Shown: one piece after another, positions 9,157 to 20,800 of the stretch
Layout: the number at the start of each line of letters is the position of its first letter
How positions within the stretch are numbered: the stretch's first letter is position 1
From: Bdellovibrionales bacterium
GTDB lineage: Bacteria > Bdellovibrionota > Bdellovibrionia > Bdellovibrionales > UBA1609
Assembly: GCA_965199825.1 (NCBI GenBank)
Contig: OZ241329.1
Coordinates: 928,001 to 992,000, forward strand
Length of the DNA: 64,000 nucleotides
Direction: 5' to 3'
Notes under the pieces: model-generated
Databases searched by the model: none
What the model saw: the letters and a program-made list of their open reading frames with translations, nothing else
What the model was told of the DNA's origin: nothing
Position numbers and translations under genes: made by a program

Positions 9157-10362
9157 GTGAAACTATCAGATAAAAAAAACCTAGCCCTTGTTCTTTCCGG
9201 TGGTGGAATCAAAGCCGCCGCTTTTCATATTGGTGTTTGTTTAGCTTTGCGCGAAAAAGGATTTCGCTTTGCTGGTGGAACTCCGGATGCGGTGATGCAA
9301 AAGTTTGAGAGTTCAAAACTCACCTTTAAACTCTACGTCGGTTCAAGCGCTGGCGCGGTGATCAGCACTTTTCTGGCTGCAGGCTACTCCATTGATGCGG
9401 TGATTGATGCATTCACTCAGGGCGCTGGTATTGGATCATTTGCCAAACAAGAAAATAGCGAAGGTTATCTCAAGCCCATAACCTATCGAGATATTTTTGC
9501 TTTAAATATTGGTGCGAGTAGCCCAACAAAAATAATTTCTAATCTGTTTAAAAAAAGACCAGCAATTGCGGGAGGTCTCGAAGTTTTTTTAAAACGCGGG
9601 ATTAAAGTAAATGGTTTATTTTCTACCAAAAATCTCGAACGCTATTTGAGAGAAACAGTTTTTCCTCAAAATAAATTTGAAGCTCTAGGCGTTGGTCTAT
9701 ATATCGTTGCCACTCAATTGAACCATTCGCGCAAAGTCGTGTTCGGCCCCTATGCCGAAAACACCAAGACCCCTCATGTGGGAACCGCAAATTATGCTCA
9801 TATCAGCGATGCGGTTGCTGCCTCAGCGGCACTGCCTCCATTTTTTTCGCCCTATGCAATAGAAAATCAAAGCGGTCGTAAGGTCCATTTTTTTGATGGC
9901 GAAATTCGCGATACGTTATCGACCCATGTGGCGGCCGAACAGGGAGCAGATCTTGTAATCTCGAGTTATTCGATCCAACCTTATCACTATCATCGCGAAA
10001 TGGGTTCGCTCCATGAGTACGGTATGCCCCTGATTTTTAATCAGGCTCTCTACCAAGCGGTCCAACAAAAAATCGAGAGTCATATTCGAAATCAAAACGA
10101 TGCCCGCAGCTTGATCGAAACTGTGGAGAAATATATGACCGACGCCAAAATACCAAAAGAACATCGTGAAAATTTACGTCAAATTATTATGAGCAAAACC
10201 CGGTTTAATCCGGCTGTGGATTATATTTATATTCATCCCAGTCCAAAAGATTACGAAATGTTTTTTTACGATCACTTTTCGCTCAACCCAAAAATTTTGG
10301 GACGGATCGTTCGCACAGGATTTAAAGCCGCAATGACCGCTTTAAAACCCTTTGCGATTTAG
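9157..10362 (+). CDS. Patatin-like phospholipase
   Basis: LVLSGGGIK, GSSAG, ASAALPPFF, DGE motifs; GTG 9157 preferred over 9109. Confidence 0.9.
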   Translation: MKLSDKKNLALVLSGGGIKAAAFHIGVCLALREKGFRFAGGTPDAVMQKFESSKLTFKLYVGSSAGAVISTFLAAGYSIDAVIDAFTQGAGIGSFAKQENSEGYLKPITYRDIFALNIGASSPTKIISNLFKKRPAIAGGLEVFLKRGIKVNGLFSTKNLERYLRETVFPQNKFEALGVGLYIVATQLNHSRKVVFGPYAENTKTPHVGTANYAHISDAVAASAALPPFFSPYAIENQSGRKVHFFDGEIRDTLSTHVAAEQGADLVISSYSIQPYHYHREMGSLHEYGMPLIFNQALYQAVQQKIESHIRNQNDARSLIETVEKYMTDAKIPKEHRENLRQIIMSKTRFNPAVDYIYIHPSPKDYEMFFYDHFSLNPKILGRIVRTGFKAAMTALKPFAI

Positions 10363-11834
10363 AACATCGATTGAACAGTGAGCTTCACAAAATCATAAAA
10401 AGGTTGTGAGCAAATTCCAAGAGCAATGGTCAACACAGCGGCCACAGTAACTGCGGCTCGAGTCATCTGTTTTTGATCGTCCACTTGAACTCCGTTTGCA
10501 TCACCCATGTACATCACCACCACAGGGCGCAAATAATAATACACACTGATTGCCGAGCCAATCACTCCCCAGATCGCAAGCCAATAAAGGCCTTGCTGAA
10601 TCAAAGCTGTAAACACAAAGAATTTACCAAAAAATCCGATGGTGGGTGGCAATCCTGCAAGGGACAACATAAAAATAGTCAAAGTAAACGCAATCCAAGG
10701 GCTTCGCTTTGCAAGACCCGAGAGATCATCAATGTCGGTAAATGAATCCTCGTGAGAATCGAGCAGCGACACCACCCCAAAGGCTCCAATGGTCATCACC
10801 GAATAGGAAAATAGATAAAAGATCAAACCGCTCGCGCCCACTTCGGCGGCTCCGCCAATACCTGCAGCAATCAATGCCATCATTGCATAGCCAGAATGTG
10901 CAATGCTCGAATACGCAAGCATGCGTTTAAAACTTGTCTGCATAATTGCGGCAACGTTGCCCACAATCACGGTAAAAACCGCCAGCCATTCAAGCAGATG
11001 AACAAGACTATCCGCCCGCTCCGACAACAAAGCGTCGGTCAAAATCAATCTTAAAAAAAAGGTAAAGCTCACCGCTTTAACCCCTGTTGCCATAAATGCG
11101 GTAATCGGTGTTGGTGCTCCTTGATAGACATCAGGGGCCCAAGCATGAAATGGAAAAATCGCCACCTTAAAGCATATTCCAATCACAGCCATTACAAAAC
11201 CAAACAAAAAGAGTCGGTTGGTTGTCATCAGATCACTGGCTACCGCGGTGATATCTGGAAGATAAGTCGATCCCACTGTTCCGTAGATAAAGGCGACACC
11301 ATAAAGAAAAATGGCCGACGCAAAACTTCCTAATACAAAATATTTGAATGCGGCTTCTTTAGATAACCGGCTCTCACCGCTCATTGCGATCAGCATGTAA
11401 AGACAAAGCGACATCAACTCGATACCAACAAAGGTGACGATCAAATCATTGGACCATGCGATGATCAACATTCCGATTGCCGAATTCATTACCAAAAAAA
11501 TAAATTCTGAAAACTGTTTGGTCATGGTGGTCAAATTTTCGCGCGCATAAAGGAGCGACCACGATGTGATAAGCAAAATCAAAACTGTGGTCCAGGTCGA
11601 AAGGCCATCAAAAATAAGCGCTCGACTAAAAGCCATTTTGTTTACACCAAAATTTGCCACCGCTAAGCCTGAGGCCGTCACACATCCGATGAGTCCATAA
11701 AGCAGACTCGCAAAAGAATTTTGCTCTTGATTCCCATGAGTGATTTTTACGGTAAGTGGAATAAGACTAGTAAAGAAAAGTGCCAAAAGTGGTGAAACAA
11801 GAAGAAGATCCAACCATTCAAAATGCTGTTCCAT
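10359..11834 (-). CDS. nuoN: NADH-quinone oxidoreductase subunit N
   Basis: EAAFKYFVLGS, FKVAIFPFHAWAPDVYQGAP, KRMLAYSSIAH. Confidence 0.97.
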   Translation of the reverse strand: MEQHFEWLDLLLVSPLLALFFTSLIPLTVKITHGNQEQNSFASLLYGLIGCVTASGLAVANFGVNKMAFSRALIFDGLSTWTTVLILLITSWSLLYARENLTTMTKQFSEFIFLVMNSAIGMLIIAWSNDLIVTFVGIELMSLCLYMLIAMSGESRLSKEAAFKYFVLGSFASAIFLYGVAFIYGTVGSTYLPDITAVASDLMTTNRLFLFGFVMAVIGICFKVAIFPFHAWAPDVYQGAPTPITAFMATGVKAVSFTFFLRLILTDALLSERADSLVHLLEWLAVFTVIVGNVAAIMQTSFKRMLAYSSIAHSGYAMMALIAAGIGGAAEVGASGLIFYLFSYSVMTIGAFGVVSLLDSHEDSFTDIDDLSGLAKRSPWIAFTLTIFMLSLAGLPPTIGFFGKFFVFTALIQQGLYWLAIWGVIGSAISVYYYLRPVVVMYMGDANGVQVDDQKQMTRAAVTVAAVLTIALGICSQPFYDFVKLTVQSMF

Positions 11835-11837
11835 ATT

Positions 11838-13364
11838 CTACCTTTTTACTTCGAGCTGATATTGATAACGAGCGTCTTGAAGATGTTCGAGACTGGCTTT
11901 GGAAAAATTCAAAAAATGCTGCGGAAAAATTCCCATCCAAAATATCAGCAAAATCAGCGGAGCTAAAACCAAACGCTCTCTTAATCCAATATCGAGACCT
12001 GGATTTTTTTCGTCGTCGTGCCCAATAACCACACCAGCCGCGGGTCCAAAGAACACTCGCTTGATCATCCACAGCATATAGGCTGCACCGAGCACCACAC
12101 CCAACACTGCAATTGAAGCAATCAACTTTTTCGCCCCAAAAGCTCCAAGTAAAATCAAAAACTCTCCGACAAATCCATTGGTCAACGGAACCGCAATGCT
12201 CGAAAGTGTCACAATCAAAAATGCGATTGTGAAAATGGGTGCGGCTTTGGCAAGGCCCCCATACTGACTGATTTCTCGAGTGTGGGTTCGCTCATAAATC
12301 ATCCCAACAAGCAAAAACAAAGCGCCTGTGCTCACACCATGATTGAGCATTTGATAAAGAGCGCCGGTTGATCCGTAAATATTGTAAGCAAAAAGTCCAA
12401 GCATCACATATCCCATATGTGAAACAGACGAGTAGGCCACAAGTTTTTTGATATCGGGCTGAACCATTGCGACCAAGGCACCATAAATAATTCCAAAAGC
12501 GGCAACACCCATCATAAATCCAGAAAAGTATTCTGCCGCCTGCGGAAAAAGAGGTAAACAAATTCGCATGAATCCATAGGTTCCCATTTTCAAAAGCACA
12601 CCCGCAAGGATCACCGACCCTGGAGTGGGTGCCTCAACGTGAGCATCGGGCAACCAAGTATGAAATGGAAATATTGGCACTTTGATCGCAAATGCCAGAG
12701 CAAACGCAAAAAATAACAGGGTTTGGGTATTTAAAAATCCGCCACCCACAAAAGGTAAATCTAATTTGTAAAAGTCTAAAAGACTTGCACTGATATGACC
12801 GCCCTCAAGCGATTTGGTCATAAACATCAATGTGATAATTCCAAGGAGCATAAACAGAGAGCCAAACATGGTGTAAATAAAAAATTTCACCGTGGCATAG
12901 ATGCGACGCTTGCCACCCCAAATCCCAATCATAAAATACATCGGGATTAAAGACGCCTCGAAGAAGGCATAAAATAAGATGGCATCAAACGATAAAAAAG
13001 TCCCAAGCATCGTGGTGCCCAAACAAAATAAGCAGGCATGAAATCCGCGCACTTGTTTATCGATCGCGGTCCAACTCCCTAAGATGGTCAGCGGAAGTAA
13101 AAATGTGGTGAGCAGCACAAGCCAAATCGAAATTCCATCGACACCCACAAAATAGGAAATCCCGAGCGAGCGCACCCAAGGGGTTTGCTCTACAAATTGA
13201 AGTTGGGCGGTGCTCTGGTCGAACTGGAATAACAAAAACAAACTTAAAATAAAAAGCGCTGTGGAACTGACAAGTGCAAAAGGTCTTACCCACTGCTCTT
13301 GCGGCATCAGCGCACAGACCAGCCCAAAAATAAGAGGTAAAAAAATGATTGAAGTTAAGATCAT
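11838..13364 (-). CDS. nuoM: NADH-quinone oxidoreductase subunit M
   Basis: AIKVPIFPFHTWLPDAHVEAPT, KKLVAYSSVSHMG. Confidence 0.97.
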   Translation of the reverse strand: MILTSIIFLPLIFGLVCALMPQEQWVRPFALVSSTALFILSLFLLFQFDQSTAQLQFVEQTPWVRSLGISYFVGVDGISIWLVLLTTFLLPLTILGSWTAIDKQVRGFHACLFCLGTTMLGTFLSFDAILFYAFFEASLIPMYFMIGIWGGKRRIYATVKFFIYTMFGSLFMLLGIITLMFMTKSLEGGHISASLLDFYKLDLPFVGGGFLNTQTLLFFAFALAFAIKVPIFPFHTWLPDAHVEAPTPGSVILAGVLLKMGTYGFMRICLPLFPQAAEYFSGFMMGVAAFGIIYGALVAMVQPDIKKLVAYSSVSHMGYVMLGLFAYNIYGSTGALYQMLNHGVSTGALFLLVGMIYERTHTREISQYGGLAKAAPIFTIAFLIVTLSSIAVPLTNGFVGEFLILLGAFGAKKLIASIAVLGVVLGAAYMLWMIKRVFFGPAAGVVIGHDDEKNPGLDIGLRERLVLAPLILLIFWMGIFPQHFLNFSKASLEHLQDARYQYQLEVKR

Positions 13365-13367
13365 GAG

Positions 13368-15299
13368 TTAGCCCACCAATACATAGGTCATTGTGACGAT
13401 CACACCGAGTGCAATATAGAGCGCATAGTATTGCATATTTCCATTTTGCACCGATCGCAACATTCGCCCCACACCTTGAACAAGATCTGCCGCAACATAG
13501 GTCGCGCGATCAACAAAATTGACATCGATATAGAGCCACAAGCCTTGGCTCAATTTCACCAGAGGTTGAATAATTCGTGCGGTGTAAAATTCATCGACAT
13601 AAAATTTGTTGTAGGTGGCCCGGTAAACAAAACCTATTTTCTGAGAAAAAGCCGCAATCTTTTGAGGATGAAAAATATAAAGGTTATAAGCAAAAAGTGC
13701 TGATACCGCCGCACCAACAACCGACACGATCATCAGAGTCCACTCCATCGAGTGCGAGGCTGTCCCCTCAGGAATTTTGGCAAGAACAGGCTCAAGCCAT
13801 TCTTCCAAAAAATTTCCGGGATGACCCGGAATCATATGACTTAAAATTTCAGGAATTCCCACCCAGCCACCAATCACCGATAAAACTCCTAAAACGATCA
13901 ATGGAATTGTCATCGTAAAGGGTGACTCGTGAGGGTGAATTTCGTGAGGCACACGCGATTTGCCCCAAAAGGTCAGGCACATTAAGCGTGTCATATAAAA
14001 TGCGGTCCCAAGGGCGCCAACAAATCCGACTACCCACAACAAAGGATGACCAAATGAAGAAGAGTACGCGCGCCACAAGATTTCATCCTTACTAAAAAAT
14101 CCGGCAAAAGGTGGCAGTCCAATAATCGCAAGCCAACCGAGCACAAAAGTAAAATGGGTGATGGGCAAGTATTTTTTAAGTCCACCCATTTTGCGAATGT
14201 CTTGCTCTTCGTGCATCCCATGAATGACCGAGCCTGAACCTAAGAACATCAAAGCTTTAAAAAATGCATGAGTCATAAGATGAAACATCGCGGGCCCAAA
14301 GGCACCAACGCCCACACCTAAAAACATATAACCGAGCTGCGAAACGGTTGAATACGCCAAAACTTTTTTAATATCGAACTGGGTAAACCCGATCAGCGCT
14401 CCCATCAGCGCCGTCAATGCACCTATCACAGCAATGATATTCATCACGTGAGGCGCTAAAATAAAAACCCCACTCATTCGAACGATCATATAAATTCCGG
14501 CAGTGACCATTGTTGCGGCGTGGATCAATGCCGACACAGGAGTGGGTCCCGCCATCGCATCGGGGAGCCAAACATAAAGAGGAATCTGCGCCGACTTTCC
14601 GGTGGCCCCAATAAAAAGCATAAGGCAGGCAAAGGTGATTGGACCACTCCAACCCAACTCCGCAACTTGAGGAACCCGAGTTAAAAGTTCGGTAAAATTC
14701 AACGTATTAAAATTGTAAAACAAAGTAAAAATGCCGAGCAAAAATGCGGCATCACCGATTCGGTTGGTAACAAAGGCTTTCATCCCAGCCGCCGCTTTGG
14801 CAGGATCGGAAAACCAAAATCCGATTAAGAGATAAGAGCAAAGCCCCACACCTTCCCATCCCACAAACATCACCAAGAGATTGTCGCCAAGAACAAGAAT
14901 CAACATGTTCATCAAAAACAGATTGAGATAAGCAAAAAACTTGGCAGGCCGTGGATCGTGAGACATGTAACCCACGCTGAATAAATGAATTAAAGATCCA
15001 ACACCGGTGATGATCAAAATCATCATCGCATTCAATGGATCAAGCAAAAAAGCAAAGTTGACATGAAAGTCGCCGGCCGAAATCCACGAAAAAAATTGGG
15101 CCGACAAAACCCGGTGCTCCTCGGGCAAACTTTTAAGCTGCAAAAATAATGTGACCGAGATGATAAAACAAATGACCGAAGCTAACGTTGCGATGCCGCC
15201 TGCAACCACCGCATTGTGCGATCGAAACCGAAATCCATTGATCAAAAATCCAACAAAAGGCACCAAAACCAGTGCTGCAAATAAAAACGGCGTGCCCAT
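13368..15299 (-). CDS. nuoL: NADH-quinone oxidoreductase subunit L
   Basis: GWEGVGLCSYLLIGF, GKSAQIPLYVWLPDAMAGPTPVSALIHAATMV. Confidence 0.97.
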   Translation of the reverse strand: MGTPFLFAALVLVPFVGFLINGFRFRSHNAVVAGGIATLASVICFIISVTLFLQLKSLPEEHRVLSAQFFSWISAGDFHVNFAFLLDPLNAMMILIITGVGSLIHLFSVGYMSHDPRPAKFFAYLNLFLMNMLILVLGDNLLVMFVGWEGVGLCSYLLIGFWFSDPAKAAAGMKAFVTNRIGDAAFLLGIFTLFYNFNTLNFTELLTRVPQVAELGWSGPITFACLMLFIGATGKSAQIPLYVWLPDAMAGPTPVSALIHAATMVTAGIYMIVRMSGVFILAPHVMNIIAVIGALTALMGALIGFTQFDIKKVLAYSTVSQLGYMFLGVGVGAFGPAMFHLMTHAFFKALMFLGSGSVIHGMHEEQDIRKMGGLKKYLPITHFTFVLGWLAIIGLPPFAGFFSKDEILWRAYSSSFGHPLLWVVGFVGALGTAFYMTRLMCLTFWGKSRVPHEIHPHESPFTMTIPLIVLGVLSVIGGWVGIPEILSHMIPGHPGNFLEEWLEPVLAKIPEGTASHSMEWTLMIVSVVGAAVSALFAYNLYIFHPQKIAAFSQKIGFVYRATYNKFYVDEFYTARIIQPLVKLSQGLWLYIDVNFVDRATYVAADLVQGVGRMLRSVQNGNMQYYALYIALGVIVTMTYVLVG

Positions 15300-15300
15300 A

Positions 15301-15627
15301 CTACCCTCTTAAATTTTCGAAGAATCGAATATTTACTTCTTTAAATTTTTTGTAAACCGTAACAGCAAGGGCAAGTCCCACACCCGCTTCGGCTGCGGCT
15401 ATGGTCATCACAAAAAACACCATAATTTGACCATTGAGATTGTGTGAATAATGGCTAAATGCCACAAATGTTAAATTGACCGCATTGAGCATGATCTCAA
15501 TACCCATCAACATCACCAAAACGTTTTTTCGCAAAAGTACCGCAATCATTCCAAAAGAAAATAAAATCGCCGATAAGATGAGGTAATGCTCAAGCCCTAC
15601 CGTCATCATATTTTCAACCGCGAGCAT
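15301..15627 (-). CDS. nuoK: NADH-quinone oxidoreductase subunit K
   Basis: IEIMLNAVN, AAAEAGVGLA; SD AAGGAGG before ATG 15627. Confidence 0.95.
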   Translation of the reverse strand: MLAVENMMTVGLEHYLILSAILFSFGMIAVLLRKNVLVMLMGIEIMLNAVNLTFVAFSHYSHNLNGQIMVFFVMTIAAAEAGVGLALAVTVYKKFKEVNIRFFENLRG

Positions 15628-16138
15628 GAGTGCCTCCTTTAATACGTGATACGGCAACCACTCCAACTGCTACGACCAAAAGTAAAACGCCCAACGCTTC
15701 AAACGAAAACACGTACTGATTGAACAACACGTTCGCAAGATCCTTGGTCGAAGTTTCAACCAAGGGTTGCTTTTCGCCAGGTTGAACTAATGATGTCGAC
15801 AGAGGGACTGCACCAATGATCAAACCCGCCAAACAAGCCGAAGCCGCAATTTTTAAAACATTGCTCGCCTCACCTCGAGTGTAAGCTTTGAGCTCGGTGC
15901 GCAAATCAAACAGCATCACCACCATCACAAATAATACCATCACCGCACCGGCATAGACGATCAACTGCACGCCGGCGATAAATGGAGCACCTAATTGAAA
16001 AAACAAAAGGGCCAATGTCACCATCGCAACTGCTAAATGGAGAGCCGAAAAAATTGGATTCACGGAACTCACCACTTTATAAGTGGCATACAAAAGAATA
16101 ATCGCCAGAATATAAAAGAGCGCTGAATTGACGTCCAT
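15614..16138 (-). CDS. nuoJ: NADH-quinone oxidoreductase subunit J
   Basis: NPIFSALHL, QLIVYAGAVMVLF, FE..GVLLL. Confidence 0.95.
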   Translation of the reverse strand: MDVNSALFYILAIILLYATYKVVSSVNPIFSALHLAVAMVTLALLFFQLGAPFIAGVQLIVYAGAVMVLFVMVVMLFDLRTELKAYTRGEASNVLKIAASACLAGLIIGAVPLSTSLVQPGEKQPLVETSTKDLANVLFNQYVFSFEALGVLLLVVAVGVVAVSRIKGGTHARG

Positions 16139-17301
16139 TACGCCCCCCAATTCGTGCGTAAAACAAAAACCAAAAGTGCGGTCGCAACAACGTTAAACAG
16201 GGCCCAAGGCAACATCGATTTCCAACCCAAATCCATCAGCTGATCATAACGAAGGCGAGGCAATGTCCAACGCACCCAAATAAAAATCCATAAAAATACC
16301 AAAATTTTTAAAAGTAAAACCACGTGAAGCATGACAGCTGTGATCACACTTGCGGCTGTTGCTCCATAGCCATGAGCCGCAATCCAGGTGTTGATCTGTT
16401 GTGGAGATATAAACGGCAAATTGTATCCACCAAAATAAAATGTCGCCATCAGTGCCGAGGCCACAAGCATATGGCCGTACTCACCGATATAAAACATGTT
16501 CATTTTAATTCCGCCGTACTCGGTATGATAACCCGCAACGAGCTCACCCTCAGCTTCAGACAAATCAAAAGGTAAGCGGTTGGTTTCGGCAAACACCGAA
16601 CTAAAAAAGAGCAAGGCTCCAAGGGGTTGATAAAAGATGCCCCAATTAGGCAAAAATCCAATACTGATGGGCTTCCCCATCCAGTGAATGGTCAAAGGTC
16701 CCACTTGATGATTGATCATCTCGCTAAAACTAAATGTGTTGTAAACGATCAAGACACCAACAAGTGCAAGACCCATCGCAAGTTCATAACTGATCATTTG
16801 GGCCGAAGCTCTGAGCGCACCTAGAAGCGAAAATTTATTGGCTGATCCCCAACCCGCCATCAAAAGTGAATATGCAGCAAGTGATGAAACGCCGAGGACA
16901 AAAACAATTCCCACCCCGATTTCGTATCCTTGAAATGCAAAATGATAAGGGCCCCATGTGCGACCCAACCATTCAAAGGGGACCACATCAATGGGTGCAG
17001 AAAGAGGAATCGCATTGAACGCTAAGGCTGCTGGAATCAGCGCGACAACAGGGGCTGCATAAAAAATAAAGCGATAACTGCTTGCGGGTACAAACTCTTC
17101 TTTTGTTAAAAACTTCACCGCGTCAGCCAAAAGCTGGGTTAAACCCAGTGGACCAATTCGGTTGGGTCCCAAACGATTTTGGATAAACGCCGAACCTCTG
17201 CGTTCCACCCACACGAGTGCTGGCACCAACTGCACCATCATCAAAAAGATGGCGACCATCTTGATAAAATTTATTCCGATTTCAAAGACGTCGGTTCCCA
17301 T
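16138..17301 (-). CDS. nuoH: NADH-quinone oxidoreductase subunit H
   Basis: QNRLGPNRIGP, AETNRLPFDLSEAEGELVAGYHTEY, PRLRYDQLM. Confidence 0.97.
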   Translation of the reverse strand: MGTDVFEIGINFIKMVAIFLMMVQLVPALVWVERRGSAFIQNRLGPNRIGPLGLTQLLADAVKFLTKEEFVPASSYRFIFYAAPVVALIPAALAFNAIPLSAPIDVVPFEWLGRTWGPYHFAFQGYEIGVGIVFVLGVSSLAAYSLLMAGWGSANKFSLLGALRASAQMISYELAMGLALVGVLIVYNTFSFSEMINHQVGPLTIHWMGKPISIGFLPNWGIFYQPLGALLFFSSVFAETNRLPFDLSEAEGELVAGYHTEYGGIKMNMFYIGEYGHMLVASALMATFYFGGYNLPFISPQQINTWIAAHGYGATAASVITAVMLHVVLLLKILVFLWIFIWVRWTLPRLRYDQLMDLGWKSMLPWALFNVVATALLVFVLRTNWGA

Positions 17302-17670
17302 TTATTCCCACTCCAAGGCTCGGGATTTAATTTCCCAAAAAAGACCAAAAACAAAAATTCCCACAAACATCGACATCACGAGCAACGCATAAGCCCCACG
17401 GCCCGCATCGATATTTTCGGAATATGTGATTGCCCAAGGGTACATAAAAATAATTTCGATATCGAACAGGATAAACAAAATCGCTGTAAGATAAAATTTA
17501 ACCGGAACTTTTGTGGTCTCTGATCCCTCACCCGCAAGTCCGGACTCGTAGGCTTCCATTTTGGATTTTGAATATTTCCCTTTGGCGCCGCATAAACTTG
17601 CGACAACGACGATTGCAATGCCAAAGACAGTGACGAATAAAGTGAGGACAAGAACCGATAGAAGACTCAA
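17302..17670 (-). CDS. nuoA: NADH-quinone oxidoreductase subunit A
   Basis: YESG, FYLTAILFILFDIE..F.YPWA, ALEWE; TTG start at 17670 after SD GGAG. Confidence 0.93.
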   Translation of the reverse strand: MSLLSVLVLTLFVTVFGIAIVVVASLCGAKGKYSKSKMEAYESGLAGEGSETTKVPVKFYLTAILFILFDIEIIFMYPWAITYSENIDAGRGAYALLVMSMFVGIFVFGLFWEIKSRALEWE

Positions 17671-17801
17671 GCGGTGGCTCCAGGGCTGATGACTTTCATG
17701 GGTGGAAACCATTACCTTATACAAATTCACAAATGTAAATCCAAGGCTCACACAAAATGTGGCTCTTTGCGTCGAGCAATGTTACAAACTTTTGATCACG
17801 C

Positions 17802-20800
17802 ATGAACAATTTTGAAGTCGAACCATTTCCATTAAGAACAATCGAAACTCTCGAAAGATTTTTGAGCCGTCCACCTTTGATAAAAGAAATGGTTGGCTCA
17901 ACCAATCTCTCTTTTTTGTCGCATCTCCTGAGTCAACGCCGCCTCAATCTCGAAAGACCAGTGGTGCTCGTGGTCGCAACCGACAAAGAGGCCGAATCAT
18001 TAGTCACCAACCTCAAATTTTTTGATCCCACCATCGCACCAATTATTTTGCCGGGATTTGATGTTTCGCCCTACTCGCAACTTTATCCCAATCGAAAAGT
18101 CGTGGCAGATCGCCTCCACTGGCTCTACCGCGCTCAGCACGCCAAGCCTCCAGATATTTTTATCGCCACCATCTCAGGACTACTGCAAAAAACTTTGCCC
18201 TTTGAGGTGCTCTCGCAAAACGAACTCGCCTTTCGGGTCTCCGAAAATCTTCCAGATGATCTTGCAAAAACACTGCTTCATTTAGGATATCAAGCCGAAC
18301 CCTTGGTCGAAGATGTCGGAACCTTTTCGATTCGCGGCTCGATCGTCGATATCTTTTCGCCAGCCCATCGGCGGGCTCTCCGGTTTGAACTTTTTGGCGA
18401 CACGATTGAGAGCATCAAAGAATTTGACCCCGCTACCCAACGCAGCATCGGTAACCTAAAGATCGCTCACATCATTCCCGCCCACGAAGTTTTGTTGCGC
18501 GATGACAGTTTGCAAAGTGCGGCTCAAGCCCTTCGTCAGAGTTGCGCTTCACGCGGAGTTCTCAACGAGGATGCAAAAACAATTTTAAGTTCGCTCACCA
18601 AAGGGCAGTACTTTTACGGAATCGAATTTTTACTTCAAAATTTTTATCCAAAGCCTGCGCAGCCCTTGGAGCATTTTAGTTTACCCATCGAAATGTGGTG
18701 GATCGATTCGATCGCAATCGTAACAGCTGCCGACAAGATTCATGCGCAACTCAAAACCGAATTTGAAGAGTCTGTGGGAGCTATTATCCGCCCCGAACCC
18801 CAAGATCTGTATGTCACGGTCGAGCAGCTTGAAGCTCCACCCGAAAGTTTTGAAACAAAGCTCAGTGGAATTCAAATCGGCGATACCGATGAAGGTATTT
18901 ATTCGGTTCAAGTCAAAGATCTCAACGAGATCACTCAGCAAACCAAAGCTCTTCATGGAAAGCCCCAGGAGCTTCAGACCTATCTTACCGAACGCATCAA
19001 AAATTTTAAATCTCAAGGTCAGCGTGTTTTTGTCGCAACAAGTACTCTGACTCAAGGCCAAAGACTTTATGCATTTTTGGAGCGCTGTGGGTTTCATCCG
19101 CAGTTGGTGAACGAAGAAAAATATGCTTGGACCCAATGGGTAAACGATCAGCAAGATGATATCGACCGCATCACATTGATCCCCCATTTTTTAAATGAAA
19201 GTTTTCGTTGGGTCGAAGAAGACATTGTCTTTTTGCGCGACGAAGATTTTTTTGGCCAAAAACGGGCGCGGCGCGAATACAAAGAAACCGGCACCCTTGA
19301 AGCCCGCACCGGCACTCTCAGTTTTGGTGATTTAAAAACCGGTGATTTTATTGTTCACAAACTTCATGGCATTGGAATCTACGAAGGCCTCAAAGTGATG
19401 CCCATTGGTGGAGTCGACGCCGAATTTATTCAGCTGTCTTACAAAGACAAAGATCGATTGTACCTTCCTGTTTATCGAATCGCTCAAATTCAAAAATACA
19501 CCGGCCCCACTTCGCCGGGTTTATTAGATAAATTGGGTGGGCTTGGTTGGGAAAAAACAAAAACCAAAGTTCGAAGTCATCTGCGTGATGTGGCCTCCGA
19601 TTTACTAAAACTTTATGCCACCCGCGCCCAAACTCAGCGCCCGCCATTTTTGGCAAACGACGACGAGTTTTATTCTTTCGAAGCCGCATTTCCCTATGAC
19701 GAAACACCCGATCAAATGCGCGCCATCGGCGACATCGTAAAAGATATGACGAGCGATAAGCCCATGGATCGTTTGATTTGTGGCGATGTGGGTTTTGGTA
19801 AAACAGAGATTGCGATGCGAGCCATCTTTAAAGCCACACAAAGTGGCAAACAAGTGGGGGTGATTGCACCCACCACCGTTTTGACCTTTCAACATTTCGA
19901 AACTTTTCAAAAACGATTTAAAAAATGGCCCCTCAATATTCGAAGCCTCAACCGCTTCGTCAGTAAAAAAGAACAGACCGAAACTTTAAAAGGATTAAAA
20001 TCAGGCCAAGTCGATATCTTGATCGGCACCCACCGTCTGTTGAGTAAAGATGTTCAGTTTAAAGATTTAGGTTTGCTCGTTATCGACGAAGAACAAAAAT
20101 TTGGGGTGCGCCACAAAGAGCGCCTACGACAAATGAAGCACAGCGTGGACACTCTTGCGATGTCTGCAACACCCATTCCCCGCACTCTCAATATGTCGCT
20201 GATGGGAATTCGCGATTTGAGTATTATCAACACCGCACCTGTTGATCGTTTGCCCACACGCACCTTTGTTTGCAAGTTTGATAAGGATACCATTCGCAAA
20301 GCGGTGATGGGCGAAGTGGCGCGCGGAGGACAGGTTTATTTTATTCATAACCGAGTCCAAAGTATTTACGGCCTTGCTGATGAATTGCGTGCCCTTTTGC
20401 CAGAAGTAAAAATGCGAGTGGCCCACGGCCAGATGGACGAAGGGACACTCGAAGAAACCATGCTCGCCTTTTTCCATCACGAGATCGATATGCTTGTGTG
20501 CACTGCCATTGTCGAAAGCGGAATGGATGTGTCGATTGCCAACACCATGTTTATCGATAACGCCCAACAATTTGGATTGAGTCAGCTGTATCAATTGCGT
20601 GGACGCGTGGGCCGATCGAAAGAGCGCGCCTATTGTTATTTGTTGATTCCCCCTCACGGCCGCATCGAAAAAGATGCGCAAGAGCGTCTCAAAGTTTTAC
20701 AAGAAAACACAGCCCTCGGCAGTGGGATTCGGATTGCGCATTATGATCTTGAACTTCGCGGAGCAGGCGATTTATTAGGCGAAACTCAGTCCGGTCATAT

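Noticed and set aside
14027..14036. Isolated 1-mismatch TGRRTAGTCA hits (also 42183-42192)
   Set aside because: Single-mismatch hits are expected about a dozen times by chance in 64 kb, and these are unclustered within coding sequence
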